IMG/VR virus record: IMGVR_UViG_3300046387_001332
Source: a virus
Length of the DNA stretch: 64,000 bases
Strand: one strand, 5' to 3'
Shown one piece after another: positions 1-9,634 of this stretch (position 1 is its first letter; every line of letters starts with the position of its first letter). The translations under genes were made by a program, and so were the position numbers. Below the pieces are notes generated by a model. That model was not told the DNA's origin and ran no database searches. It saw only the letters and a list, made by a program, of their open reading frames with translations.

Positions 1-333
1 GGTGCATATAAAATAGGTGATGTCGCAATTGGTGTATTTGGTATTTTTGATGATCCCAACGAATATGTACGTGGAACTGATATAACAGATAAATCTATTA
101 ATACAAAGATTGCAGTTTATCATGGTGCAGTAAAAAGAAGCAGAACTGATGTTGGTTATGTTGTTATGGGAGGTGACATTGAGTTGCCTATGTTCAATGG
201 ATATGATATAGTCATGTTGGGTGATATCCACAAATATCAAACACTACAAGAATACCAAACAGAGCATAGATTTATACCCGAATCTAAAGTTGATGAATAT
301 AAACTAGAAGGATGGGAACTTGCAGATGTCTAA
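1..333 (+). CDS. Mre11/SbcD-like metallophosphoesterase, N-terminal fragment (5' end outside window)
   Basis: Frame 1, translated by hand: ...KIAVYHGAV...YDIVMLGDIHKYQTLQEY...EGWELADV*. The YHG and LGDIH motifs match the SbcD/gp47 family. Stop TAA at 331-333. Confidence 0.85.
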   Translation, partial: GAYKIGDVAIGVFGIFDDPNEYVRGTDITDKSINTKIAVYHGAVKRSRTDVGYVVMGGDIELPMFNGYDIVMLGDIHKYQTLQEYQTEHRFIPESKVDEYKLEGWELADV

Positions 334-1258
334 ACGATTTTTAATAAAGTGCAACCACATTCACATTGGTGATATTTTATTTGCAAGCAGTGTTGCAAAA
401 AAATTAAATGAAGAACAAGGACCGTGTTCTGTCCATTTCTCAGTAAATTACTTGCAACCGATTGAGTTGCTCAATAATAATCCTTACATTGATAAAGTCT
501 TTTTTAATGAAAGTTTCGGAACATACGATGAAGTTTTCAATTTAATCGGAGACACAGACACACTAAATCCATATGAATCTGCGGTATCTCAATTTCAAAG
601 AATGTGTAATATAAAAAACTTCGATGATACCTTTGAAATTTATACAAACCCTTCTTTAGATTATTCAATTAGTGAAAGTTTTCGTGAACTTGTTAAAATA
701 GGAGATTGGCCAAACTCATTAATTAAAGTAGGTTATCAGTGTGACTGGGATAAAAAAAGTTTTTTATTTACCGAAGAACAATACGAACGTGCTGAACACG
801 GAGAAGACGGAACAGGATATGGTGATGGTTCTCGTAATGTATACGATATTATCAATTGTCTAGAAATTAATTCTAATATTATGTTATTTGCGTTGGGTCT
901 TGATGATAAAATTTCAAAAAGATATCCTGCTATCAATTCAACTAGCAAATTTACTTTTACTGCAAGTTTAATTAAGAATTGTGATTTTGTTATAGGAGCA
1001 GAGGGGTGTCTAACAAACATATCATCTGCGTTGGGTGTGAAAACAATAATTACCACAGATTACATACACCAAATGTTTGGACCCAAAGGAATTAAATGGC
1101 AACAAGAAGGTGGTGATTTAAATAACCTAGAATGTCGTAAACCTTTTTTAGGACCTTGTAATTATTTTCCGAAAGCAGATCACATCCACCTCAATCCATA
1201 TCTCACCGATCAACAAGTTGGAGAAGAAATTTTAAAAGTAGTTACACATGGAAGATAA
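326..1258 (+). CDS. Glycosyltransferase family 9 (heptosyltransferase-like, GT-B fold)
   Basis: N-terminal HIGDILF...ELLNNNPYIDKV and C-terminal ASLIKNCDFVIGAEGCLTNISSALGVKTI resemble GT9 motifs. ATG at 326 overlaps the upstream stop. Confidence 0.7.
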   Translation: MSKRFLIKCNHIHIGDILFASSVAKKLNEEQGPCSVHFSVNYLQPIELLNNNPYIDKVFFNESFGTYDEVFNLIGDTDTLNPYESAVSQFQRMCNIKNFDDTFEIYTNPSLDYSISESFRELVKIGDWPNSLIKVGYQCDWDKKSFLFTEEQYERAEHGEDGTGYGDGSRNVYDIINCLEINSNIMLFALGLDDKISKRYPAINSTSKFTFTASLIKNCDFVIGAEGCLTNISSALGVKTIITTDYIHQMFGPKGIKWQQEGGDLNNLECRKPFLGPCNYFPKADHIHLNPYLTDQQVGEEILKVVTHGR

Positions 1259-3848
1259 AGAGAGTTACGTAAAAATAAAAAGACACAACGGTCAGAAACC
1301 AGTTGTAGTGTATTCGGGAAGCATGATTCAACAAAATCATGGTGAAAAACCATTTGGTCATGGTTATGTTTTGTGGGACCTGAAATCACGTACACATAAG
1401 CACACAGAAGTATTCAATGAATATGGATATTATACCATTGAAGTAAGAGATGGAAAGTGTGTAAGTGACTTGGATAAACTTCCCACGAAAGCAAGATTGC
1501 GGGTAAAAGTATTTAACACAACTGCAACTGAAACTAAAGAAATAATTGCAGAGATACGAAAGAAAACAAGCATAACTGACTTAAATGTCACACGGTGCGA
1601 TGCAATATCTGAAGCAAAAAAGTTTGATCGTGACAATAAGTTTGATTTTGGTGACATATCACTTGTACAAGTACAAAATGACTTAATAGAAGATTATCTT
1701 CGCAGAAATTTTGTTGTTGATGATGACCAAGTAAAAACTGCTCTTGATATTAATAAAGAAATCAACGATAAACTTGTAGTAAAAGAAGTTCTTCGTAATT
1801 GCATCTGGAAACCAAAGAAGTTTGAATTCTCAAATATGTTTAGTTACGGTGATGGTAACATTGTAGATTTTTCAAATATGAAAAGTGTCATGGGATTGTT
1901 TGCTTCAAATGCAAGTGGAAAAAGCAGTGTAATGAGTGCATTGAGTTTTTGTTTGTTTGATAAATGTGATCGTGCTTTTAAGGCATCCCATGTTTTAAAC
2001 ACACAAACTGATTCATTTTATTGTAAACTAAATTTTGAAATAGGTGGAGTAGATTATTTTATTGACCGTCAAGCAACAACAAAGAAGAACGGTGACGTAA
2101 CTGTCGTGGTAGACTTCTGGAAGCATGATATCGATGGTAACACAATATCGTTAAACGGAGAACAGAGGGCTGGGACAAATGCTATAATTCGTGATCATGT
2201 GGGTTCGTATGATGACTTTGTTTTGACTACATTAAGTTTGCAAAATAATAATGCAATTTTTATAGATAAAAGTCAAAGTGAACGAAAAGATTTACTTGCA
2301 CAATTTATGGGCATAGATACATTTGATCAATTACACTCTACTGCTTCCGAAGACATTAAAGAAATAAATGCTTTACTTAAAAGATTTAATCGTGACGATT
2401 TTGATGAAACTCTTGCAGATGTAAAAGAAAAACTTGATAGAATAAATGAAGAGTATAATCAACAAGATAGTAAGACTAATGTAGCATTACTTGAACAGAA
2501 AAGATTAAATAAAGAATTGGCTGATAAAAATTCATTATTTAAAAATTGTTCGTTTGATGAAACCGCAGTTGATATTGATAAATTAGAATTTAATAAAAAT
2601 AATTTAAAAGAAAGACTTGAAATAGCAAAAGATAATCGTTCGGATGAATCCACAAGAAAGAAAAGTTTAACATTAGAAAAGAAAAATTGCTCACAACAAA
2701 TATCCGAACTAAAAGGTACAGAAGAAAAGTATATAAGTGTATTAAAAGTTCGTGAAGATATTACAAAAGTAGAAAAAGATTTGGCCGTACTGAGAACATC
2801 AGTTAATGCTAAGTTAGATAAATTAAAACATTATGATAGTCATCAATATGACCCAAAGTGTAAGTTTTGTGTTAACAATTCTAAAAATCTTATTGAAAGT
2901 GCAGAGCAAACTAAAACTGAACTTGATAAAGACAAAGCAGCGGCGGACGAGTTGGTAAAACAAAAAACTATTTTTAGTGATATACTTGAAGATAATAAAG
3001 ATGTAGAATCCAATTATGAATTGCTAAAAGATTTAAATAATAAATCTAATCAACTTGTGTTTGAAATAAACGAAGCAGATTCTAAAGTTCTTGCTTTGTC
3101 TAGTATGATTGAATCTCTTGAAAAAGATATTGTTTTAAATGATAAAAATATTAAAGAATATTATGAGTGCAAAGACATAATTGAGTTTAATAAAAATATA
3201 CAAAAAGAAGTTGGTGAATTAAATTTAAAATTAAATTCTGTAAATAAAATTGCAAATGATGAAAGTGAAAAACTTCAAACACTTTTCGGTGAAGTTAAAA
3301 TTGTAGAAAAAGAGCATGATGATGTAATCTCTTCAATTGAAGAAGCAAAAAGTTATGAAAGAAAAAAACGAGGATACGAGTTGTATCTCGATGCTGTCAA
3401 ACGAGATGGTATATCATACGAACTTATTTCCAAAACTATTCCAAGTATTGAAAGTGAAGTAAATAATATACTTTCTCAGATTGTTGATTTTGGTATGAAT
3501 CTTGAAATGGACGGAAAACATATTTACTCAAAAATAACCTACGAGGATCGGCATTGGCCATTAGAGATGTGTAGTGGTATGGAACGATTCATAAGCAGTA
3601 TTGCTATGCGTGTAGCACTTATTAATGTAAGTAGTCTTCCTCGTTCTAATTTCCTTGTTATTGACGAGGGGTGGGGTACATTAGACGGAGACAATATTAG
3701 TAGTGTATTTAACTTATTTACTTATCTAAAAGGTCAGTTTGAGTTTATCGTGGTCATTAGTCACTTGGATGTTATGCGAGATATGGTGGATGAAATTGTA
3801 GAAATTCAAAGAGAAGGTTCATTTAGTAAGATAAATTACGGAGCATAA
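1248..3848 (+). CDS. C-terminal part of SbcD/Mre11 fused to SbcC/Rad50 ATPase (gp47/gp46-like)
   Basis: N-terminal VYSGSMIQQNHGE (last SbcD motif), Walker A SNASGKSS, coiled coil with Zn-hook CKFC, signature CSGMERF, Walker B LVIDEGWGTLD, H-loop ISH. Confidence 0.92.
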   Translation: MEDKESYVKIKRHNGQKPVVVYSGSMIQQNHGEKPFGHGYVLWDLKSRTHKHTEVFNEYGYYTIEVRDGKCVSDLDKLPTKARLRVKVFNTTATETKEIIAEIRKKTSITDLNVTRCDAISEAKKFDRDNKFDFGDISLVQVQNDLIEDYLRRNFVVDDDQVKTALDINKEINDKLVVKEVLRNCIWKPKKFEFSNMFSYGDGNIVDFSNMKSVMGLFASNASGKSSVMSALSFCLFDKCDRAFKASHVLNTQTDSFYCKLNFEIGGVDYFIDRQATTKKNGDVTVVVDFWKHDIDGNTISLNGEQRAGTNAIIRDHVGSYDDFVLTTLSLQNNNAIFIDKSQSERKDLLAQFMGIDTFDQLHSTASEDIKEINALLKRFNRDDFDETLADVKEKLDRINEEYNQQDSKTNVALLEQKRLNKELADKNSLFKNCSFDETAVDIDKLEFNKNNLKERLEIAKDNRSDESTRKKSLTLEKKNCSQQISELKGTEEKYISVLKVREDITKVEKDLAVLRTSVNAKLDKLKHYDSHQYDPKCKFCVNNSKNLIESAEQTKTELDKDKAAADELVKQKTIFSDILEDNKDVESNYELLKDLNNKSNQLVFEINEADSKVLALSSMIESLEKDIVLNDKNIKEYYECKDIIEFNKNIQKEVGELNLKLNSVNKIANDESEKLQTLFGEVKIVEKEHDDVISSIEEAKSYERKKRGYELYLDAVKRDGISYELISKTIPSIESEVNNILSQIVDFGMNLEMDGKHIYSKITYEDRHWPLEMCSGMERFISSIAMRVALINVSSLPRSNFLVIDEGWGTLDGDNISSVFNLFTYLKGQFEFIVVISHLDVMRDMVDEIVEIQREGSFSKINYGA

Positions 3849-3864
3849 AACATATTTAGATATA

Positions 3865-3871
3865 TATTTAT
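3865..3871 (+). promoter_or_regulatory. TATTTAT putative late-promoter motif
   Basis: Intergenic TATATATTTAT upstream of ORF 3892; the same motif recurs before many genes. Confidence 0.55.
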
Positions 3872-3891
3872 TATGTACCTAAATTGTATTT

Positions 3892-4935
3892 ATGGAAAAT
3901 TCCGAAAAAAATCAAAAAGTCCAAGAAACCCTGATTAAAGCAGGATTGCGTAAAGGATACTTTACACTTGTAGAGGGTGTGTATGATCCTGGTATTTTAA
4001 AAGCAGTATTTCTAGCAGGAGGTCCTGGTTCGGGTAAATCTGCTACGGTTGATACATTATTCAATTTTCCACCAGATGCGGCTAATTTATCACCAAGTGG
4101 ATTGAAGATTGTTAATAGTGATCCTGCATTTGAGATATTACTTAAAAAAGCAGGATATGATCTGAATCTATCTAAAATGGATGATGAAACATTTGCCAAA
4201 GTAACAAGTGACGATCCAAATAGTATTCGTTCCCGTGCGAAGAAAATTATGCTTAAACAATTTGAGTTATTTAAAGATGGTCGTTTGGGTATTATCGTAG
4301 ATGGAACTGGTGATAATTATAACAAAATATCAAAGCAAAAGAAAGAACTTGAAAAACTTGGATACGATTGTTATATGGTATTTGTAAATACAACATTAGA
4401 TGTGGCACAACAAAGAAACGCAATGCGTAAAAGAAAACTTCCACGAAAAATAGTAAAAGATATTTGGACAGATGTACAAAAAAATCTTGGTAAGTTTCAA
4501 GGTTTGTTCAAAGCAAATTTCGTTATAGTAGACAATTCAGAAGATACTCGCAGTAAAACAAAACCTGGTAGATTAGATTTAGTTCCACGGTTAATGAAAG
4601 AAGTTGCAAGATTTATATCCAAACCAATTAAAAATCCAATTGGAAAGAAATGGATTAAAATGATGATGGCACATGATAAAATGAGTAAAAGTGGTGATAA
4701 ACGAAATCGTGTTACAGAAGAACTTGATTTAGTAAAGATGGAAGATGTTGTTCTTCCTATGGATTTAGAGAGACACTTAAGTCGTTCTATTCACGTAATT
4801 AAAAAATTTAATTTAAATGAAAGAAAGAATTTAGCAGTATTAACACGATTAGTGGAGAGTTTACAACTTAGCAGAAATCAGTTAGTAAAGTATTTTCATA
4901 AAATCCGTACCATGAAATTCAAAGGAGAAGATTGA
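3892..4935 (+). CDS. P-loop kinase (zeta toxin/AAA_33-like), probable virion protein
   Basis: KAVFLAGGPGSGKS Walker A, IVNSD, IIVDGTG and lid motif AQQRNAMRKR. Confidence 0.8.
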   Translation: MENSEKNQKVQETLIKAGLRKGYFTLVEGVYDPGILKAVFLAGGPGSGKSATVDTLFNFPPDAANLSPSGLKIVNSDPAFEILLKKAGYDLNLSKMDDETFAKVTSDDPNSIRSRAKKIMLKQFELFKDGRLGIIVDGTGDNYNKISKQKKELEKLGYDCYMVFVNTTLDVAQQRNAMRKRKLPRKIVKDIWTDVQKNLGKFQGLFKANFVIVDNSEDTRSKTKPGRLDLVPRLMKEVARFISKPIKNPIGKKWIKMMMAHDKMSKSGDKRNRVTEELDLVKMEDVVLPMDLERHLSRSIHVIKKFNLNERKNLAVLTRLVESLQLSRNQLVKYFHKIRTMKFKGED

Positions 4936-4936
4936 T

Positions 4937-5287
4937 ATGTTTGATGTTATTTTTGACGAACTAATCAAAGAAGATAAACTAGGAGAAACTTGGAGAATAG
5001 AACTTGCTCCAAATCATTCTCGTTATAGTTTTTCGTCAAAAAAGTCTGGAAATGAAAATTGGGCAAAATCACTTGCTATGAAGTTATTGAAACAAGATAA
5101 AGATGAATACAAGTTTATTGGAGTATTTAGTGAGGGTGAAACTGACGATGGACCAATTGTTGATGGTTATATTTTTCATTGTACAGAAGAGTACTTTAAA
5201 AATGTCCCTCACTTGCATCGTGATAAAAGAAAAGCAATTAAACAACATCTTAAAACAAATAAAATAATTGAATATTTTGAGGATTAA
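4937..5287 (+). CDS. Hypothetical protein
   Basis: 116-aa ORF packed against its neighbours, with GGAGA SD upstream. Confidence 0.7.
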   Translation: MFDVIFDELIKEDKLGETWRIELAPNHSRYSFSSKKSGNENWAKSLAMKLLKQDKDEYKFIGVFSEGETDDGPIVDGYIFHCTEEYFKNVPHLHRDKRKAIKQHLKTNKIIEYFED

Positions 5288-5288
5288 T

Positions 5289-5816
5289 ATGAGCATTAAA
5301 GAATATAACAGATATAAAGATGATCCTTTTTGGATGAAATCAAAATATGATGGAGTGTCGGGTGAACAAAGATTACCTGTTCAAAGAAGATTACGCAAGG
5401 GTGGGATTAAGTTTAAAAAAGGTGATGAGATTTTATATTACCCGAGGGGTAAAGTGATTATGGTAGGAAAAGAAGCAGAGCAAGCATGGAGAGATTTCCA
5501 ATCAGCTGCTTCTGATGAAGATTTTTATATGTCGCAATACGAGGAGTCAATTAATATGGAAAAAACAAATGAAATTAAATTAACAAGTCCAGAGTACAAA
5601 AAAGCAATTAACTTTATGTCTGATATGCATTCTAGTATTCTTAAAGCAAAAGATAAAGTTATAAGTTTTCTAAGAAGAAAAGGATATGACGATATGGCAG
5701 ATGAACTTGACGGAATGTCTAAGATTGAGTTCAATAAATTTGTTCAACGTAAAGTGTATGAAGAAAAGTTAAGAAAAGAAATAAGAAATATTCTTACTGA
5801 GATTTTAAACAAATAG
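5289..5816 (+). CDS. Hypothetical protein, probable head-associated
   Basis: Likely ATG at 5289 after GAGGA; C-terminal EEKLRKEIRNILTE helix motif. Confidence 0.7.
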   Translation: MSIKEYNRYKDDPFWMKSKYDGVSGEQRLPVQRRLRKGGIKFKKGDEILYYPRGKVIMVGKEAEQAWRDFQSAASDEDFYMSQYEESINMEKTNEIKLTSPEYKKAINFMSDMHSSILKAKDKVISFLRRKGYDDMADELDGMSKIEFNKFVQRKVYEEKLRKEIRNILTEILNK

Positions 5817-8335
5817 TGATCACAAAAAATACAGATATTTTAACCAAAAAACTTACTGATTATTTGGTTGAAGAAACTTTAGAGGAGGACTCTAAAGTAA
5901 AAACTATTCTTGGAATTTATCCTGGACGGTTTCAACCTGCTGGTATACACCACTATAAAACATACAAGCATTTAAAAAAGAAGTTTAGCAAATCTTTTGT
6001 TGCAACCAGTAATAAAACTAATACAACAGATAGTCCATTAAATTTCAAAGAGAAAAAAATGGTATGGTTAAAGCATGGAGTTAAAGATGTTGTTGCTGTT
6101 AAGAATCCATATGTATGCGATGAAATTACTAAACGTTACGACGAAGATACTACCGCAGTGGTTTTCATGTTTGGTGAAAAAGATGCAGGACGATTAAAAA
6201 CAACAAAGGCAGATGGTTCACCTGCTTATTACCAACCATACGAAGAAAATAAAAGAAACTTAAAAGGTTTTAAGCAACATGGTTATTTCATAGTTGCTCC
6301 TCATGTGAGTATTAAGGTGCTTGGCAAAGAAGTAAGTGGTACACGGATACGAGATTTACTTGGTTCTCCTAAACACGATGAAATGACAAAAATTCAAGCA
6401 TTTGAGGAATTGTTTGGTTGGTATGATGAAAAGATATTCAAATATTTGACAAAAAAATTCGGAACATTGTTTGAGAATAGAGAAATTTATGAAAGTTTCA
6501 TACATGAGTATCCAAACTTAGAAGGTTATATACATAATTTACCAAATGTATGTAATGAAATAAGTTCTGTGTTTGCACATGGAAAATCATTAGTAGATGA
6601 CGGACCTAGTATTTTTTATCCAGGAAAAACATACGAGAAAAATACATCCAATTATGCCGAGCAACTTGGGTACGAATTAATTGATCACATTGCTGGTAAA
6701 AACAATGAAGGAAGAAACACAAGTTACCGAGAGTGGGGAAACTACGCAGGACCAGTACCCGCAGTTAGTTTTTACACATCGGGTGTTTCAGATGAACAAA
6801 CTCCCAACAACCAAGTTGACACAGAATCTACGAGAACTGCACATGGCCAGTGGGAAAGTTTTATATCTCAGGTGGCAGAAACTGCTGGATATAAACTTGT
6901 AGACTTTATTGGTTCTGAAAAATCTATTCGTAAAAAAGATGAACAAGGTGACGAAGATTTGAAATCAGGTAATACTATTGACACCGATAAAGCAGAGGAA
7001 GGTGACAAAATAGACCAAGGTGTAAAGGGTCAAGTAGTAAACGAAAATTTATTAACAGAAGGAGGTGCGGCTGGACACATGAGTCATCCCTTTGATGATC
7101 GTGAGTTAACATTTGGTGATTTAAAAGAAATGATTCGTAGATCACTTGCAGGTGAATTAAATGTTGAAAAAGAAGTTACTGAAAAACTTGATGGACAAAA
7201 CTTAATGTTTTCTTGGAAAGATGGTCAGTTGGTGGCCGCAAGAAATCAAGGTCATCTAAAAAACGCAGGTGCGGCTGCTCCTAATGTAAAAGAATTTTCA
7301 AGTATATTTGCTGATCGTCCTGATAATATTCGTGACGCATTTGTAGGTGCAGTTGAAGATTTAGAAACTGCTATATCTGGTCTTACAGATGCACAAAAGA
7401 ATAAAGTATTTCGTGAAGGTGAACGTTTTATGAATATAGAGGTAATGACACCTGCGACACAAAATGTTATTCCTCAGAATGTAGATATGTTAGTATTCCA
7501 CGGAACACAAGCATATGATTCCGCAGGAAAAGCAGTATCAGAAGATTCCGAGGGAAACGATATAACAGGTGAACTTAAAGACTCTGCAAGAATGCTTAAA
7601 GGTATGTTGAAACAAATAAACGCAGATGTTCAAAAACGATATTCATTGAACGCACCAATTGTGGTGGAACTTCCTAAAAGTAAAACATTTGGAGATTCAT
7701 ATGCAAAGTATTCTGCTAAAATAGATAAACTTAAAAACAAATTTAGATTAAAAGATAACGATAAAGTAATGAAGTATCACGATTCTTGGTGGAGAAACTT
7801 GCTTGATAAACAACAAACAAAAAATAAAGAGATATTTCCCTCGAATGTATACGAAGCACTCGTTGGTCGTTGGGCATATAATGATAAGTCTAACAAAATC
7901 ACTACAATTAAAAAAGAATTATCTGATCATCCAAAACTACTTGCTTGGGTTACTAAATTTGAAAAAGAAGATATTACAAAACAATTTGAAGAAAATATGT
8001 GGCCATTTCAATTCATCTTTTTGAAATTGGGTGCGGAAGTATTAAAAAATGTAAAAGGATTCGTTGCGGCTGGTGGAAGTGATGATATTGCAAAAGCACT
8101 TGATTCTCACGTTAAAACACTTGAAGGCAAGAAGATAAGTTCGGTGGAATCACCTGATAAGTTTAAGAAAGACATGGAGAAACTAAATAAGAATCTTGCT
8201 CGTCTTAATTCTATTGGTGGAAGCAATGCAATTGCACCAACAGAAGGTGTAGTATTTCAATACAAAGGTGGAACATATAAACTCACAGGTACATTTGCTC
8301 CTATAAATCAAATTATGGGTATAATGAGGTTTTAA
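5816..8335 (+). CDS. Multidomain protein: cytidylyltransferase-like (HIGH-class) NTase + unknown domain + ATP-dependent ligase-fold domain
   Basis: N-terminal YPGRFQPAGIHH, SPLNFKEK and VSGTRIRD. C-terminal EGGAAGHMSHP, TEKLDGQN (KxDG motif I), EGVVF (motif IV) and YKLTG. Confidence 0.72.
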   Translation: MITKNTDILTKKLTDYLVEETLEEDSKVKTILGIYPGRFQPAGIHHYKTYKHLKKKFSKSFVATSNKTNTTDSPLNFKEKKMVWLKHGVKDVVAVKNPYVCDEITKRYDEDTTAVVFMFGEKDAGRLKTTKADGSPAYYQPYEENKRNLKGFKQHGYFIVAPHVSIKVLGKEVSGTRIRDLLGSPKHDEMTKIQAFEELFGWYDEKIFKYLTKKFGTLFENREIYESFIHEYPNLEGYIHNLPNVCNEISSVFAHGKSLVDDGPSIFYPGKTYEKNTSNYAEQLGYELIDHIAGKNNEGRNTSYREWGNYAGPVPAVSFYTSGVSDEQTPNNQVDTESTRTAHGQWESFISQVAETAGYKLVDFIGSEKSIRKKDEQGDEDLKSGNTIDTDKAEEGDKIDQGVKGQVVNENLLTEGGAAGHMSHPFDDRELTFGDLKEMIRRSLAGELNVEKEVTEKLDGQNLMFSWKDGQLVAARNQGHLKNAGAAAPNVKEFSSIFADRPDNIRDAFVGAVEDLETAISGLTDAQKNKVFREGERFMNIEVMTPATQNVIPQNVDMLVFHGTQAYDSAGKAVSEDSEGNDITGELKDSARMLKGMLKQINADVQKRYSLNAPIVVELPKSKTFGDSYAKYSAKIDKLKNKFRLKDNDKVMKYHDSWWRNLLDKQQTKNKEIFPSNVYEALVGRWAYNDKSNKITTIKKELSDHPKLLAWVTKFEKEDITKQFEENMWPFQFIFLKLGAEVLKNVKGFVAAGGSDDIAKALDSHVKTLEGKKISSVESPDKFKKDMEKLNKNLARLNSIGGSNAIAPTEGVVFQYKGGTYKLTGTFAPINQIMGIMRF

Positions 8336-8337
8336 TC

Positions 8338-9201
8338 ATGGAAGAGAAAAAGTTATCTAGAATTGCACGTAGAAAACTTTCACAGGCCGCAAGACGAACT
8401 GCAAAGAAACGTGCAACTAAAAAGAAACTATTTGCAAAAAGAATGAAGTCTCCTGCCAAATTAAAAGCAACTGCTGAGAAGGCGGCAAAGAATCTAATCG
8501 TAAAAAAAATGACAGGTGGAAAATCATATAGCAATCTTTCAGTTGGCCAAAAAGAACTTATAGATAAAAAGTTATCTAATAAAAAAGGTATTGTTGCAAA
8601 GGTTGCAAGAAAGATGCTTCCTATTGTGAAGAAAAAAGAAAAAGAACGAATTAAAAAAATTCGTGCAAAAAAGGTTGAATCTGAAAGTCTTTCAAACCAA
8701 GAAACTATATCTCATGGAGTGCTAACTTTGAATATAAATGGATCGCACCTTGAAGTATCGGCAAGAAAAAAAGATGGAAAACTAATTCCTTATACTTTTA
8801 AAGAATTAAACGATGCAAAAAAACATTGCAAAAAAGTTGGTGGAAAAACTTTTCAATCACCAAAAACAAATTTATATTATGTTGAGTTTACAAAACTGGA
8901 TGGACCAATGAGTGAAGACAAAGAAAAAGAAGAAAATTTAAAAGATTTAAAAGCAATACTTGATGTTGCAAAAATGCTGAGTGACAAAAGTCCTTATTTT
9001 AAAGGTCGTGGTAGTAAAAAAGAATATATTAAAATGCTAGTGCATAAAATAAAAAAATTGTCGGAAGCAAAACAGAAAAAAATAATTTCAACAATTGATG
9101 CATATAATAAAGTCAGAAAACCAACGATGCCTAAAAGTCGTGCAATGAAAAATAAAAAGGCATATGATAGAAAAGACTTTAAAAAAGGAAGGTATGATTA
9201 A
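8338..9201 (+). CDS. Highly basic K/R-rich protein, probable internal head/DNA-binding protein
   Basis: N-terminal ~110 aa are very K/R-rich; segments are separated by xSE motifs. Confidence 0.65.
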   Translation: MEEKKLSRIARRKLSQAARRTAKKRATKKKLFAKRMKSPAKLKATAEKAAKNLIVKKMTGGKSYSNLSVGQKELIDKKLSNKKGIVAKVARKMLPIVKKKEKERIKKIRAKKVESESLSNQETISHGVLTLNINGSHLEVSARKKDGKLIPYTFKELNDAKKHCKKVGGKTFQSPKTNLYYVEFTKLDGPMSEDKEKEENLKDLKAILDVAKMLSDKSPYFKGRGSKKEYIKMLVHKIKKLSEAKQKKIISTIDAYNKVRKPTMPKSRAMKNKKAYDRKDFKKGRYD

Positions 9202-9595
9202 GTTAAATGGAAATGTCTATTTAAAAACAAACGAAGTTGAAATTCAAATTGAAAAAGTAAGTAAACGATTTCGTACATCACACCGTGCTATTTTACCGCA
9301 ACAAGTTACTTATCTTGATCGTGAGTTTGTAGATTGCATAAGAGACGAAGCAAAGAATTTATCTTTATCTCTTTTTTATTTGTATGGGTATAATGAAGAT
9401 CACGCATCTACCAAAAAAATAATACAAGGTGTACACGATAGAATGAGAAATGAAGAAAGTTGTGATAGTCGTTTAAGATTTATGCAGTATGATTTATCTG
9501 ACTCACAACGTAAAAAGCACAGATTGAGATATGAAAACTTTTTAGTAAATGTTTTTTTAGATGAGTGCATAAAACTATTTGAAAATTTACATTAA
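9194..9595 (+). CDS. Hypothetical protein
   Basis: ATG at 9194 after AAGGAAGG; overlaps the upstream stop. Confidence 0.65.
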   Translation: MIKLNGNVYLKTNEVEIQIEKVSKRFRTSHRAILPQQVTYLDREFVDCIRDEAKNLSLSLFYLYGYNEDHASTKKIIQGVHDRMRNEESCDSRLRFMQYDLSDSQRKKHRLRYENFLVNVFLDECIKLFENLH

Positions 9596-9599
9596 TAGT

Positions 9600-9628
9600 T
9601 TGACAAACTTTATTTTAGGTGAGATAAT
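9600..9628 (+). promoter_or_regulatory. Sigma70-type promoter
   Basis: TTGACA-17nt-GATAAT, with ATG 6 nt downstream. Confidence 0.7.
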
Positions 9629-9634
9629 GCCAAT

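Noticed and set aside
613-642. Third copy of the 11-7-11 site
   Set aside because: It has several mismatches and an 8-nt spacer inside a CDS, so it may be chance; noted only as a weak look-alike.
240-1300. Split intein or group I intron joining the SbcD halves
   Set aside because: There is no N-terminal Cys/Ser intein block, the HN in KIKRHNG is followed by Gly rather than C/S/T, and the gap is filled by an ORF with no visible intron core.
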